The position numbers and the translations under genes are program-made. Source: Alphaproteobacteria bacterium (GTDB lineage: Bacteria; Pseudomonadota; Alphaproteobacteria; MPNO01; UBA830). From it: a DNA stretch of 64,000 bases. Where the stretch lies: assembly GCA_964291215.2 (NCBI GenBank), contig OZ219790.1, positions 2,464,001-2,528,000 of the forward strand, written 5' to 3'. Shown piece after piece: positions 53,700 to 64,000 of this stretch. Numbering within the stretch: the stretch's first letter is position 1; every line of letters begins with the position of its first letter. The notes under the pieces were generated by a model, which was given only the letters and a program-made list of their open reading frames with translations, was not told the origin of the DNA and made no database searches.

Positions 53700-55219
53700 G
53701 TAACTGCTCACCCCCTAGTTCCGGCTTGATGTCGGAGTAGAGCAACGAACGGGTTTTCGTGGAGATTTGACACTGCAGGCCGATTCGTTTAGTGGTGGTC
53801 ATCGAGAACGATGGGGACCGCCAGTGGGCTACTTTGGATCGAAGGCGACGAGCGGGCTGTGCCAGCTGCTTCCGGGGCTTCAGCCCCCGCATGATCTGTA
53901 TGTGGAAACGCATCTCGGAGGCGGTGCGCTGATGAAGCGCAAGGCGGAGTACCGGAAGATGCCGCCGGGCGAGCGCCAGGCGATGCTCGCGGCGAGGCCG
54001 GGTGATGGCGACGGGCGGCGCGCGAGGAGTTCGAAGCGGCCAGGACCGCGGCGCTGCCGGCAAGGTGTCGGAAGAGGCCGTGATCCGCGTCCTCGACATC
54101 CTCATCGTCGTCCTTCTGGAGAAGACCACGCACGAGCCGGAACTCCGGTCTGCCGCCGTCACAGACGGACAAGAGCGTGCCGGGAGCAACGGCCCGAAGC
54201 CGAACCAGCAGATGGGCGACAACCTGCCATCGTCGAGGAAACGGTCGCGGCCTGCGACGCCTGCGGCGCCGACATCGACGGCGTCGATCGGGAGCGCCGC
54301 ACGACATCGTGTTCGAGGTCGTGCCGCGTCGACGCCGAGGAATGCCCGAAGTGCAAAGGCCCGAACCAAGGGCCGGTTCCCCGACAACATCCCGTGCAGT
54401 ACGGCATCCAGGCCCTCGTCATCAACCTGCTGGTCGCCCAGATGCTGTCCCTGCGCCGTGCCGCTCGTGCAGGCGATCTCCGGCATCAAGCTCTCCGAGG
54501 CCTCGGCTATGCTTTCACGATGCGTCATGGGAGGAGGCCACCGTGGCGCACCTCCTGCAACGCCCGATGTCGACGATTTCGGATCAACAGCAAGTGGCTC
54601 CATGTCGTGGGACCCTGACGTGCAAGTTCCCGCACCGCAAGCGCGGGCAAGAGATCGACCCGTGCTACAAGGGCGTCCTGGGCCTCGTACATGGGCCAGT
54701 GTAGCCACCAGCGGCAGCCACCTGCTGCGCGAACTGACCTTTGTCGTCGAGGCTACCGCGCGACTGATGAAGAGCCTGCTCCGCGAGGTCTGCCACAAGG
54801 TCAACAAGAGCGCATCCAAAACCCTGAACGACGCCGGGCGCAAGCGCTACCGCACCATCAGGGCGCCAGGGAACTGCCCGACATCCCGCCGCCGCCGAAA
54901 GGAAAACGTGGACGCAAGTCCGACGCGCACAACCTGTACGAACGTCTCGTGAAACACGAAAACCTGCGCTTCACAGACGACCCCAACGTCAGCTTCACCA
55001 ACAATGCCGGAGAACAGAAGATCAGGATGGCAAAGGTCAAGGTGTCTGGATGCTTCCGCTCCACGCAAAAGCATGGTGCCGGAGCTCAAGCTACCTCACC
55101 TCCATGGCCGCACTCGGCTACAACCCACTCGTCGCCACCCAGACCACCCTCGACGGAAAAGCCGCAGACATCATCAACGAGCACTATGAATCAGAACCCA
55201 ACAAGGGGTGAGTAGATAC
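53700..55219 (+). mobile_element. IS66 family A copy 4, intron-free, retains both ends of the MTase gene
   Basis: Both TIRs; no TSD; GYFGSKATSG...MKRKAEYRKMPPGERQAMLAA. Confidence 0.9.
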
Positions 55220-55267
55220 CTTAATCTTTGCCATGCCGCAATTTGTCTCTCATCTTTGCTACAATCC

Positions 55268-56245
55268 TTAGCCTTCTAACTGATAGTGCGCGCACACATT
55301 CTGACATTTCCAAGCGAGCATCGGCATTGTGGCGATCCGCGTTCGGATTTCCGGCGAAACATCAAGCAGATCAGCGTTGGCCTCGCCGCGATCCAAAACG
55401 CTGTCCAAGAATTCCTGCTCTGCCGTCGTCAGGTCAAACAGAAGCGCGAATCGCTCGCGACACAGCGCGATCGTCTCCTCGATCCATGCGTCGATCGCCC
55501 CCTTGCCGCCGAAATAGTCCCGCGGCAAACAGATTGTGAGCTTCTGACGAAGCTCCCGCGGGTCGCCCTTGATCGCGTCGATGGAAACGGTTCGCCAATC
55601 ACGGCGCGCGCAGGCGCCGAACGCCAGAAACGCGCCTTTGATGTTCTTCCAGTCGAGCCCCTCGATCGACAGGATACGCCGCGCGTCGAAGAGGTCGCGC
55701 GCGGCGTGGCGATCAAAAAGCGCAACGAGCTTGCCGGCGATAACCTCCTGAAGATTGATTACCAGCACGTCCCTCGCATGCATGTCCCCGAGCGGGACCG
55801 ACGACATACGAGCGGCGCCAAACAAAGGTTGACGCGCCATGTAGTTCACGTCGAGCTCCAATGTCGCATTTCCACCGAGCGCCGAGGCAAAGCGCATGAT
55901 CCACTTGCCGCCGGCATGCTCATCCGGCTTTCGGCGAATATCGTATCCTTGGGAGGCAAGGAGCCGGTTGAGAGCGGCCTCGACATCTGGCCGCTCAGTC
56001 TCCATGGCCGCACGGTCGAGCGCACCGACATAGTTGAGGTCGATGTCGACCGATAAACGATCGAGGCCGAGATGAAAGACATTGAGCGCCGTGCCGCCCT
56101 TGAGCACGAGTCGCTCACTCAGAACTCGGTCACTCGCGATTTCCTGAAGAATGTCGAGGAGGCGCATCACCTTTTCGAGGGAGCCTGCCTGATAGCCGGT
56201 CTCGCCGACGATGCGCTGTAGGGTCTGGATCGAGGGCGCCGCCAT
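55268..56245 (-). CDS. abiEii: AbiEii-family nucleotidyltransferase toxin (type IV TA)
   Basis: LVLKGGTALN, RLSVDIDL, KL.AL..R...RDLFD. Confidence 0.88.
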   Translation of the reverse strand: MAAPSIQTLQRIVGETGYQAGSLEKVMRLLDILQEIASDRVLSERLVLKGGTALNVFHLGLDRLSVDIDLNYVGALDRAAMETERPDVEAALNRLLASQGYDIRRKPDEHAGGKWIMRFASALGGNATLELDVNYMARQPLFGAARMSSVPLGDMHARDVLVINLQEVIAGKLVALFDRHAARDLFDARRILSIEGLDWKNIKGAFLAFGACARRDWRTVSIDAIKGDPRELRQKLTICLPRDYFGGKGAIDAWIEETIALCRERFALLFDLTTAEQEFLDSVLDRGEANADLLDVSPEIRTRIATMPMLAWKCQNVCAHYQLEG

Positions 56246-57055
56246 TTATACGCCCTCGAACTGAGGTTCTATGACCTCGACAGGCAGGATGACATTCCAG
56301 CCCGCAGCCGTCCGCCCTTCCCCCGGTTTGGCGGCTAGGGCGTATCGCGCCTGTCGCGGGGCGAGCGCGTGCAGCTTTTTGAGCGCGGTGCTTTCTACAC
56401 CGAGCCGACCCTGTTCGCGCTCCAGCCAGTATCCCAAGGCGCCGGCCGCCGTCGCATTGCCGAGCGCGCGCGCGTGCCGGACCAAGGCAGTGGCATCGAC
56501 TCGCGCGACGAGATCGAGCGAATTGAAAAGCTCCTCCGCGCCGCCCGCGAGATCATAGCGATCGAAGAGATCGGCGATCGTCCGCTCGATCGTCGTCACG
56601 CGAACGCCGAGGCCCATACGGTCAACGACCATGACGCCGTCCGCCAGGCTGCCGTTTTTCTGAGCAAAGCCCCGCGGCGGTTTCACGAACCGGCACGAGA
56701 ACTCGGATGTCTCGACGACGCCCGGCTCGCCGGGCGCAATGACCTGCGCCTCATGGCCTTCCGTATAGGCGCAGCCGTGAAGCTCAAGGGCCGAGTGATA
56801 GGCGATGACGCCGCCGCGCCGCAGGCGCGACGCCGCCAGGAAACGGTCGCCCAACCATTTGGCGGAATCGGCATGCTTGGGGACTGACGCGAAGACACCC
56901 CGTGCGATGCGCTTGATATTGCCGGCCCGAAGGTGCTGGGCGAGCATCGCCGTGACCACCTTGTCATCGGGGCGACGGCCAACCGCGGCGGCATACTCGG
57001 CCCGGTCGAAGACCGGCCTGGCGCTGAAAAACGGGGCTGAAACGAGCCGAGACAT
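56246..57055 (-). CDS. abiEi: AbiEi-family antitoxin / transcriptional regulator
   Basis: wHTH IKRIARGVF, YHSALELHG, RVTTIERTIAD; directly upstream of the toxin. Confidence 0.85.
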   Translation of the reverse strand: MSRLVSAPFFSARPVFDRAEYAAAVGRRPDDKVVTAMLAQHLRAGNIKRIARGVFASVPKHADSAKWLGDRFLAASRLRRGGVIAYHSALELHGCAYTEGHEAQVIAPGEPGVVETSEFSCRFVKPPRGFAQKNGSLADGVMVVDRMGLGVRVTTIERTIADLFDRYDLAGGAEELFNSLDLVARVDATALVRHARALGNATAAGALGYWLEREQGRLGVESTALKKLHALAPRQARYALAAKPGEGRTAAGWNVILPVEVIEPQFEGV

Positions 57056-57133
57056 GATAATACTTCCTTAGAATCGGAGAGGGTAATATATCATATATGG
57101 TTTTGCCATCAATGAAAGAAGTATGCCTGCGAC

Positions 57134-58680
57134 GTATCTACTCACCCCTTGTTGGGTTCTGATTCATAGTGCTCGTTGATGATGTCTGCGGCTTTTCCGT
57201 CGAGGGCGATCTGGGTTGCGACGAGTGGGTTGTAGCCGAGTGCGGCCATGGAGGTGAGGTAGCTTGGCACCATGCTTTTGCGTGGAGCGGAAGCATCCGG
57301 ACACCTTGACCTTTGCCATCCTGATTTTCTGTTCTCCGGCATTGTTGGTGAAGCTGACGTTGGGGTCGTCTGTGAAGCGCAGGTTTTCGTGTTTCACGAG
57401 ACGTTCGTGCAGGTTGTGCGCGTCGGACTTGCGTCCACGTTTTCCTTTCGTCGGCGGCGGGATGTCGGGTAGTTCCTTGGCGCCCTGAGTGAGGATAGTG
57501 CGGTAGCGCTTGCGCCCGGCGTCGTTCAGGGTCTTGGATGCGCTCTTGTTGACCTTGTGGCAGACCTCGCGGAGCAGGCTCTTCATCAGTCGCGCGGTAG
57601 CCTCGACAACAAAGGTCAGTTCGCGCAGCAGGTGGCTGCCGCACAACTGGTGGCTACACTGCCATGTACGAGGCCCAGGACGCCCTTGTAGCACGGGATG
57701 ATGCCGATCTCTTGCCTCCCGGCCGCGCTTGCGGTGTGGGAACTTGCACGTCAGGGTCCCACGACATGGAGCCACTTGCCGTTGATCCGAAATCGTCGAC
57801 ATCGGGCGTTGCAGGAGGTGCGCCACGGCGGCCTCCTCCCATGACACGAGCGCATCGTGAAAGCATAGCTGAGGCAGGTTGCCTCGGAGAGCTTGATGCC
57901 GGAGATCGCCTGCACGAACGCGACGGCACGGCGCAGGGACAGCATTTGGGCAACCAGCAGGTTGATGACGAGGGCCTGAATGCCGATGCCGTACTGCACG
58001 GGATGTTGTCGGAGAACCGGCCCCGGGCCTTGCACTTCGGGCATTCCTTGATCTCGGCGCGGCGCTCGACGACCTCGAACACGATGTCATAGAGGACGCG
58101 GCGCTCCCGATCGACGGGGCCGTCGATGTCGGCACCGCAGGCGTCGCAGGCCGCGACCGTTTCCTCGACGATAGTCTTGCGCAGGTTGTCGCCCATCTGC
58201 CGGTTCGGCTTCGGGCCCTTGCCGTTGCTTCCGGCACGCTCTCGTCCTTGTCCGTCTGTGACGGCGGCAGACCGGAGTTCCGGCTCGTGCGTGGTCTTCT
58301 CCAGAAGGACGACGATGAGGATGTCGAGCAGGATGACGAAGACGCGGATCACGGCCTCTTCCGCCACCTTGCCGGCCGCACGCAGCGCCTTGGCCGCTTC
58401 GAACTCCTCGCGCGCCGCCCGTCGCCATCACCCGGCCTTGCGCTTCATCAGCGCGCCGCCTCCGAGATGCGTTTCCACATACAGATCATGCGGAGGCTGG
58501 AGCCCCGGAAGCAGCTGGCACAGCCCGCTCGTCGCCTTCGATCCAAAGTAGCCCACTGGCGGTCCCCATCGTTCTCGATGACCACCACTAAGCGAATCGG
58601 CATGCAGTGTCAAATCTCCACGAAACCCCGTTTGTTGCTCTACCCCGACATCAAGCCGGAACCAGGGGGTGAGCAGTTAC
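57134..58680 (-). mobile_element. IS66 family A copy 5, intron-free
   Basis: Both TIRs; perfect 8-bp TSD CCTGCGAC. Confidence 0.95.
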
Positions 58681-58904
58681 CCTGCGACGACCTATACTTT
58701 GTTAAATTCGTCCCAAACCATATATGCGATATAGCTTTCCCCAGCGTAAGGGAAGACAGAAGATACTCGAATTCTAGGCCGACAGGCCAAATTCAGGCCG
58801 TCTGGAACCGGAGCCGCTGGAAAGGCGTGTAACAAAAACCTCCAACCTTACGGCTATCTTTCGAGGTCTTGTTACATCACCGAACACCCTGGATCGGCCC
58901 CCTT

Positions 58905-59213
58905 CTAACCCTCCCGCCGGTTCCAGACGAGCCAGGCCGCACCGTCCTCTTCGAACAAGGCCGCCCGGATGGGCTCGGGGAAGCTCGGGTCGTCGAGCTG
59001 GACGCTCAGCTAGTCGCGGGGCGCCTCACCATTGGTCTTGGCTTTCTAGGCCGCGCCGAGTTCGGCGCGGCCAGCATAGACGCGGAAGTCCGGTGCGCCC
59101 TCGCTCTTTTTCGCATCATTGGTGACGATCCTGGCCTTGATGTTGACCGTCAGGGTCCGGATCGTTCTGACATAGCCGTCCTTGCCGGCGGTGAAACTGC
59201 CAATAGTCGCCAT
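58905..59213 (-). pseudogene. DUF736-family protein with internal TAG
   Basis: MATIGSFT..IRTLTV..APDFRVYAG.AELGAA*K..DYLSVQLDDPSFPEPI.AAL..LVWNR; stop at 59046-59048 replaces a conserved Trp. Confidence 0.8.
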
Positions 59214-59216
59214 CTC

Positions 59217-59468
59217 TCAGGTCTCCTTCGCTTGGGTTGACGATGGACGCGCGTCGGCTAAGGCTTTGTGCGCCCTCTTGAAGCCGGGATCAGCGCTCAT
59301 GAACGCCTCCAGCATGAAGGAAATAAGATCGGCGACGCCTTCCTCGTGGCCGTAGGTGCGCCAGTAGATTTCGGCGTAATCGGTCAAGGCGGTCTTGAGC
59401 TCCGGGCTCGCGGTGAAGGTGATCTTCACCGCCTCGCGGTCTGGGAGCTTATCGAGCCTGAGGGTCAT
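59217..59468 (-). CDS. DUF2274-family protein (ICE/Trb-associated)
   Basis: MTLRLDKLPDR..VKITF...PEL...L.DYA..Y...YG.....LI..ML..FM..D.GF. Confidence 0.8.
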   Translation of the reverse strand: MTLRLDKLPDREAVKITFTASPELKTALTDYAEIYWRTYGHEEGVADLISFMLEAFMSADPGFKRAHKALADARPSSTQAKET

Positions 59469-59648
59469 ACGCGTCTCCTCATCCGCGGTAAGGCGTCGCG
59501 GTAGGAATGCGCATTGCTGCGCCCCCCCCCCCCCCCCCCCCCCCCGCACAGATCCGGACCTGGACGCAGTCCATCCGGCCTCGGGTGCTTGACGGTAAAC
59601 CGCTGGTCCGGCCATGAGTAACGGATGGGCGGCCAAGAAAGTTCGGTC

Positions 59649-62600
59649 GTATCTACTCACCCCTAGTTGGGTTCTGATTGGTCGTAGTGCTCGTTGATGA
59701 TGTCTGCGGCTTTTCCGTCGAGGGCGATCTGGGTTGCGACGTGATGATTGTAGCCGAGTGCGGCCATGGAGGTGAGGTAGCTTGGCACCATGCTTTTGCG
59801 TGGAGCGGAAGCATCCGGACACCTTGACCTTTGCCATCCTGATCTTCTGTTCTCCGGCATTGTTGGTGAAGCTGACATCGGGTGCGCCAGGCAAACTGGT
59901 GGAATGTGGCCGGGTGCAAGTCCCGAGAGAGGCTAATTTCTCCGTGAACCATGCGTCGCCAGGCGAAGCGTTGGGGAGCGGCAGGCTATTGAGCCACGAG
60001 ATGCTTTGAAACCGGAGTGCCGAGGTCGTGGCTGAAGGCAACGAGCCGCGTTGGTGAGGGGGGCTCCGCGGGGTCCGAGAACCATGGCCGAAGCAGGGAC
60101 CTGGGAGGTCTTGCCCCTCTGTCGTGGAGGGGCCGCAGAGGAAATTCCGTAAGCCGATGATGAACGAGAAGTCAGATTCGGCCATAGTACCGCTGAAGGC
60201 GGCGAACAAGGGCTCTCCGGAGCCTGCGGAGTTGCTGGAGGGAAGGGCAATGCGGTTGGCCCGCGCCGCGCGCAGAAGCGGGGGTCACAGGCGGCTGAAC
60301 GCAGGTAGCGAAGAGGAACCCGGAAGAGCGTCTTTACTCCACCACGTGACGGTCGATGTTCTGCACGATGCGTTCCATTCCTTGAGGAAGGATGCGGCGG
60401 CGGGCGTAGACGGCGTTGTGTGGCAAACGTACGCGGAAGGGGTGGAACTGGTTGACCTGCACGCCCGTGTGCACAGGGGTGCGTACCGGGCGCCTCCGGG
60501 GTCTACATTCCCAAGGAGGATGGAGGGCAACGACCGCTTGCCTCGGACAAGATTCTTCAGCGGGCGGTGTGATTCTGGTGCCGCGAAACGGAGTTCCTCG
60601 GATTCAGCTACGGCTTCCGGCCGGGGCGCATCATGCGCCGTCACGGTGGAACGGCGGAAGGTCAACTGGATCGTTGACGCCCCTTCGACAACCGCGACCA
60701 TCTGGTTGCGATGCTCGGGAAACGGATCGGGGGGTCTGATCATCAAGTGACGCCGGCGTCATGGAAGGGACCGACTGGCAAGGGAACACCGCAAGGGGCG
60801 GCGCCTTGCGAACCTGCACTACGTGCGACTGGTTCCAGAACCACTGGCGCAAGCGGGACACGATCATTATGCGGACGACTTCGTGTGCGGCTTTCAGCAT
60901 CTGGGCGGCGCTGGGACCTTGGGGAGAGACTGGCCCACTTGAACTGCACCCGGAAAATCATCGAGTTCGGTCGGTTTGCCAGAGCGAACCGCCGGAAACG
61001 TGGGCAAGACGTTCGACTTCCTCGGCATGACGCACTTCTGCGAACAGACGAGGAAAGGCAGGTTCAGGGTCGGTCGCAAACGGGCACCCTGCGGCGGATC
61101 AAGGAGGCCTTGCGCAAGCGGTGGCACGATAACCGGCACGAAACGGCCAAGTGGTGAGTTATCAACGGCTGCTACTACGCCGTTCCAGGAAGCAGCCTGC
61201 AGAAGTTCATACACCAATGCAAACAGCTGCGTGCCCTTCGGCGACGCTCCCAAAAGGACTTCACCGGGGACACAGACACCCTCAACGCTGCCCACTGAGC
61301 CAGCATCCGTGGCCAAACCAGCGCCTTGTCGTCAGGGGAGGAGCGAACAGCGCACGTCCGGTTCTGTGCGGGGGGTAACCCGGTTCCCTACCGCGATGGT
61401 TGTCTATGAAGCGCAGGTTTTCGTGTGTCACGAGACGCAGGTTGTGCGCGTTTGCTATGCGTTTTCCTTTCGTCGGGATGTCGGGCAGTTCCCTGGCGCC
61501 CTGATGGTGCGGTAGCGCCCGGCCTCGTTCAGGGTTTTTGGATGCGCTCTTGTTGACCTTGTGGCAGGGAGCAGGCTCTTCATCAGTCGCGCGGTAGCCT
61601 CGACGACGAAGGTCAGTTCGCGCAGCAGGTGGCTGCCGCTGGTGGCTACACTGGCTCATGTACGAGGCCCAGCAGTCAGGACGCCCTTGTAGCACGGGAT
61701 GATGCCGATCTCTTGCCCGCGCTTGCGGTGCGGGAACTTGCACGTCAGGGTCCCACGACATGGAGCCACTTGCCGTTGATCCGAAATCGTCGACATCGGA
61801 CGTTGCAGGAGGTGCGCCACGGTGGCCTCCTCCCATGACGCATCGTGAAAGCATAGCCGAGGCAGGTTGCCTCGGAGAGCTTGATGCCGGAGATCGCCTG
61901 CACGAACGCGACGGCACGGCGCAGGGACAGCATCTGGGCGACCAGCAGGTTGATGACGAGGGCTTGGATGCCGATGCCGTACTGCACGGGATGTTGTCGG
62001 GGAACCGGCCCTTAGTTCGGGCCTTGCACTTCGGGCATTCCTTGATCTCGGCGCGGCGCTCGACGACCTCGAACACGATGTCGTGCGGCGCTCCCGATCG
62101 ACGGGGCCGTCGGCGCCGCAGGCGTCGCAGGCCGCGACCGTCTCCTCGACGATAGTCTTGCGCAGGTTGTCGCCCATCTGCCGGTTTGGCTTCGGGCCCT
62201 TGCCGTTGCTCCCGGCACGCTCTTGTCCGTCTGTGACGGCGGCAGACCGGAGTTCCGGCTCGTGCGTGGTCTTCTCCAGAAGGACGACGATGAGGATGTC
62301 GAGCAGGATGACGAAGACGCGGATCACGGCCTCTTTCGGCACCTTGCCGGCCGCACGCAGCGCCTTGGCCGCTTCGAACTCCTCGCGCGCCGCCCGTCGC
62401 CATCACCCGGCCTTGCGCTTCATCAGCGCGCCGCTTCCGAGATGCGTTTTCACATACAGATCATGCGGGGGCCGGAGCTTCGGAAGCAGCTGGCACAGCC
62501 CACTCGTCGCCTTCGATCCAAAGTAGCCCACTGGCGGTCCCCGTCGTTCTCGATTACCACCACTAAACGAATCGGCCTGCAGTGTCAAATCTCCACGAAA

Positions 62601-62655
62601 ACCCGTTCGTTGCTCTACCCCGACATCAAGCCGGAACCAGGGGGTGAGCAGTTAC
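59649..62655 (-). mobile_element. IS66 family A copy 6, containing a group II intron
   Basis: Both TIRs; no TSD (GTTCGGTC / GGCCAAAC). Confidence 0.9.
59882..61397 (+). mobile_element. Group II intron, degenerate
   Basis: Starts GTGCGCC, ends CCCTACCGCGAT; RT N-terminus KDAAAGVDGV; many deletions. Confidence 0.93.
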
Positions 62656-62743
62656 GGCCAAACTAAGTACGGGGAGACAGGCAGATTTCGATTCTCAGAA
62701 TTTTCCGTTTCCCATCAAAGTGGTATATTTTACGAACGAGAAC

Positions 62744-63170
62744 GGGCGTGAATCTCGTATGGCGATGATGGCGCTGGGCTGAGGGTCAGGGTTCATGCGG
62801 CGCGGCTGTGTTGGTTTCCGGTGCGTTTGTTTTCGTTTGCGGGGGTATCGGCATCGCTCATGAGGGCATTCCATGCGCGGTCGAAGCGTCCGGATTTGAT
62901 GAGGGCGCGTACGGTGAGTACGGCCTGGCCGCCGGCGATGCGCCATCGCATGCCGGAGCGCTTCATTCTCTGTGTGACGAGGGTTTTGTTTGCGGCCTCG
63001 ACGACGCCCGAGCCGATGGCGACGCCGCGGTCGCTGAGGTTGCGGTATCGCATGCGCTTGCGGTGTTTGCGGAAGAAGGCGAGTTTGCGTTCGACGGCGT
63101 TGCGCGCGGCGCGGTTGCTGCCTGCCTTGTCGCGCAGGTAGCGCAGCGCCCGGATCACCCTGGCGACTTC
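62744..63170 (-). mobile_element. ISKra4-family 3' fragment
   Basis: RMRY....G.AIGSGVVEAANKTLVTQRMKRSGMRW; end GGGCGTGAATCTCGTATGGC. Confidence 0.8.
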
Positions 63171-63186
63171 TGACCTTTCCAGCCTG

Positions 63187-64000
63187 TCAACACGGTTGCA
63201 AAGAAGTCACGGCATGTTCAAGGGCTCCCGGCAGCCGCGGATCCAGGGTGATCGTCTCCTGCTCAAGCCACAGTCCCCGGCGCTGCAGGTCCTGCACGAG
63301 GCTGGGCACCCCAGAGAGATCAAGGTCATCGGGCCACGGCTTGCGTTGTGCCCGGTCCGGCAGCCATTCCCGCCAGAAATCCGGCACCGTCCATTGAAGC
63401 CGGGGGTAGCGCTGCCGGAGGGACCCCACGATCCGGGTTCCCTCGGGATCCAGATCGCCGAAATGAACTATGGGAACGCCCTCAAGCTGGTCCAGAATCC
63501 GCACGGCCGCGGCGGTGTTCCATCCCGGGACGTGAACGACCATCCAGTCCGGCGGCGCCGGGACGTCCATATAGGGGCCAAGGTTCTCAACGGTCAGAAC
63601 CGCACGCGGGCGGTCCCCGGCGAGTCGGGTGCCGTCCCGGAGCGCCCTTTCGTTCAGCGCCACCTCGCCCGCGACTCCAACGAGCAGGGACGCTGCCACC
63701 CGACAGGAGGTGGTCTCGAGAACCAAGCCCCGGTTCGGACGAAGCCGCGCGATGCCGTCATTCGTGATATCGATGCCCTCGAGGGCCGAGCGGCGCTCGC
63801 CGGTGAACCCGGCCTTCGAGTGCGGCCCGACCAGGGCGGCGGCCGTCTTGGTGTTCAAGCGTCCCGGCAGTGCCCCGGCCTGGGAGGCCCGATCCCGGTC
63901 CCGGAGGCGCTTCCATCCCTCGTGTGTCACCGGCAGGCCGGCCTGGACCAGCCGCTCCCGGGCGACGCGCCATTCGGGCCAGCGCCCGTCGAGCATGTCC
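63187..64000 (-). CDS. Wadjet JetD-like (DUF2220) Toprim protein, probably continues beyond the window
   Basis: VLTVENL, HFGDLDPEG..I, LEQE motifs. Confidence 0.75.
   Translation of the reverse strand, partial: DMLDGRWPEWRVARERLVQAGLPVTHEGWKRLRDRDRASQAGALPGRLNTKTAAALVGPHSKAGFTGERRSALEGIDITNDGIARLRPNRGLVLETTSCRVAASLLVGVAGEVALNERALRDGTRLAGDRPRAVLTVENLGPYMDVPAPPDWMVVHVPGWNTAAAVRILDQLEGVPIVHFGDLDPEGTRIVGSLRQRYPRLQWTVPDFWREWLPDRAQRKPWPDDLDLSGVPSLVQDLQRRGLWLEQETITLDPRLPGALEHAVTSLQPC

Noticed and set aside
53700-58680. Composite transposon of two inverted IS66 copies around abiE
   Set aside because: Copy 5 has its own TSD and the outer flanks do not match, so the copies inserted independently
59522-59545. 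Long poly-C run
   Set aside because: Intergenic with no promoter context; length unreliable and probably artefactual
1-64000. CRISPR array, tRNA or rRNA genes
   Set aside because: No regularly spaced direct repeats or recognisable structural RNA genes seen; repeats are IS and intron copies

Overview
GC-rich window, most likely from an alphaproteobacterium (possibly host-associated; this is inference). Roughly half of it is mobile DNA. Intact single-copy islands include a TRAP transporter with a PhyH-type dioxygenase, SDR and EamA; a Zn-uptake operon with a putative Zur box; a TbpB-like lipoprotein and M23 peptidase; ada-like and dapB; a CoA-ligase/SDR/acyl-CoA dehydrogenase/CoA-transferase operon; comDE-like decarboxylase genes; an AbiE toxin-antitoxin pair; and a JetD-like Toprim protein. 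These sit among nested, eroded IS66 (three families, eight copies), IS4/Tn5-like, ISAs1, IS110, IS630, IS30, IS256, IS1182 and ISKra4 elements plus four group II intron copies. Most notable: (1) an IS66 element with clean TIRs and an 8-bp TSD carries an intact Dam-like adenine methyltransferase, and a second IS66 family (six copies) carries an internally deleted version of the same gene; (2) a group II intron homes antisense into IS66 tnpC, and a SNP in the predicted IBS1 separates the three invaded copies from the three uninvaded ones; (3) a DUF4338/DruA-like domain is coupled to two unrelated transposase families; (4) mobile DNA is decaying through microhomology-flanked short deletions. Family assignments come from motif recognition by eye, not database searches.
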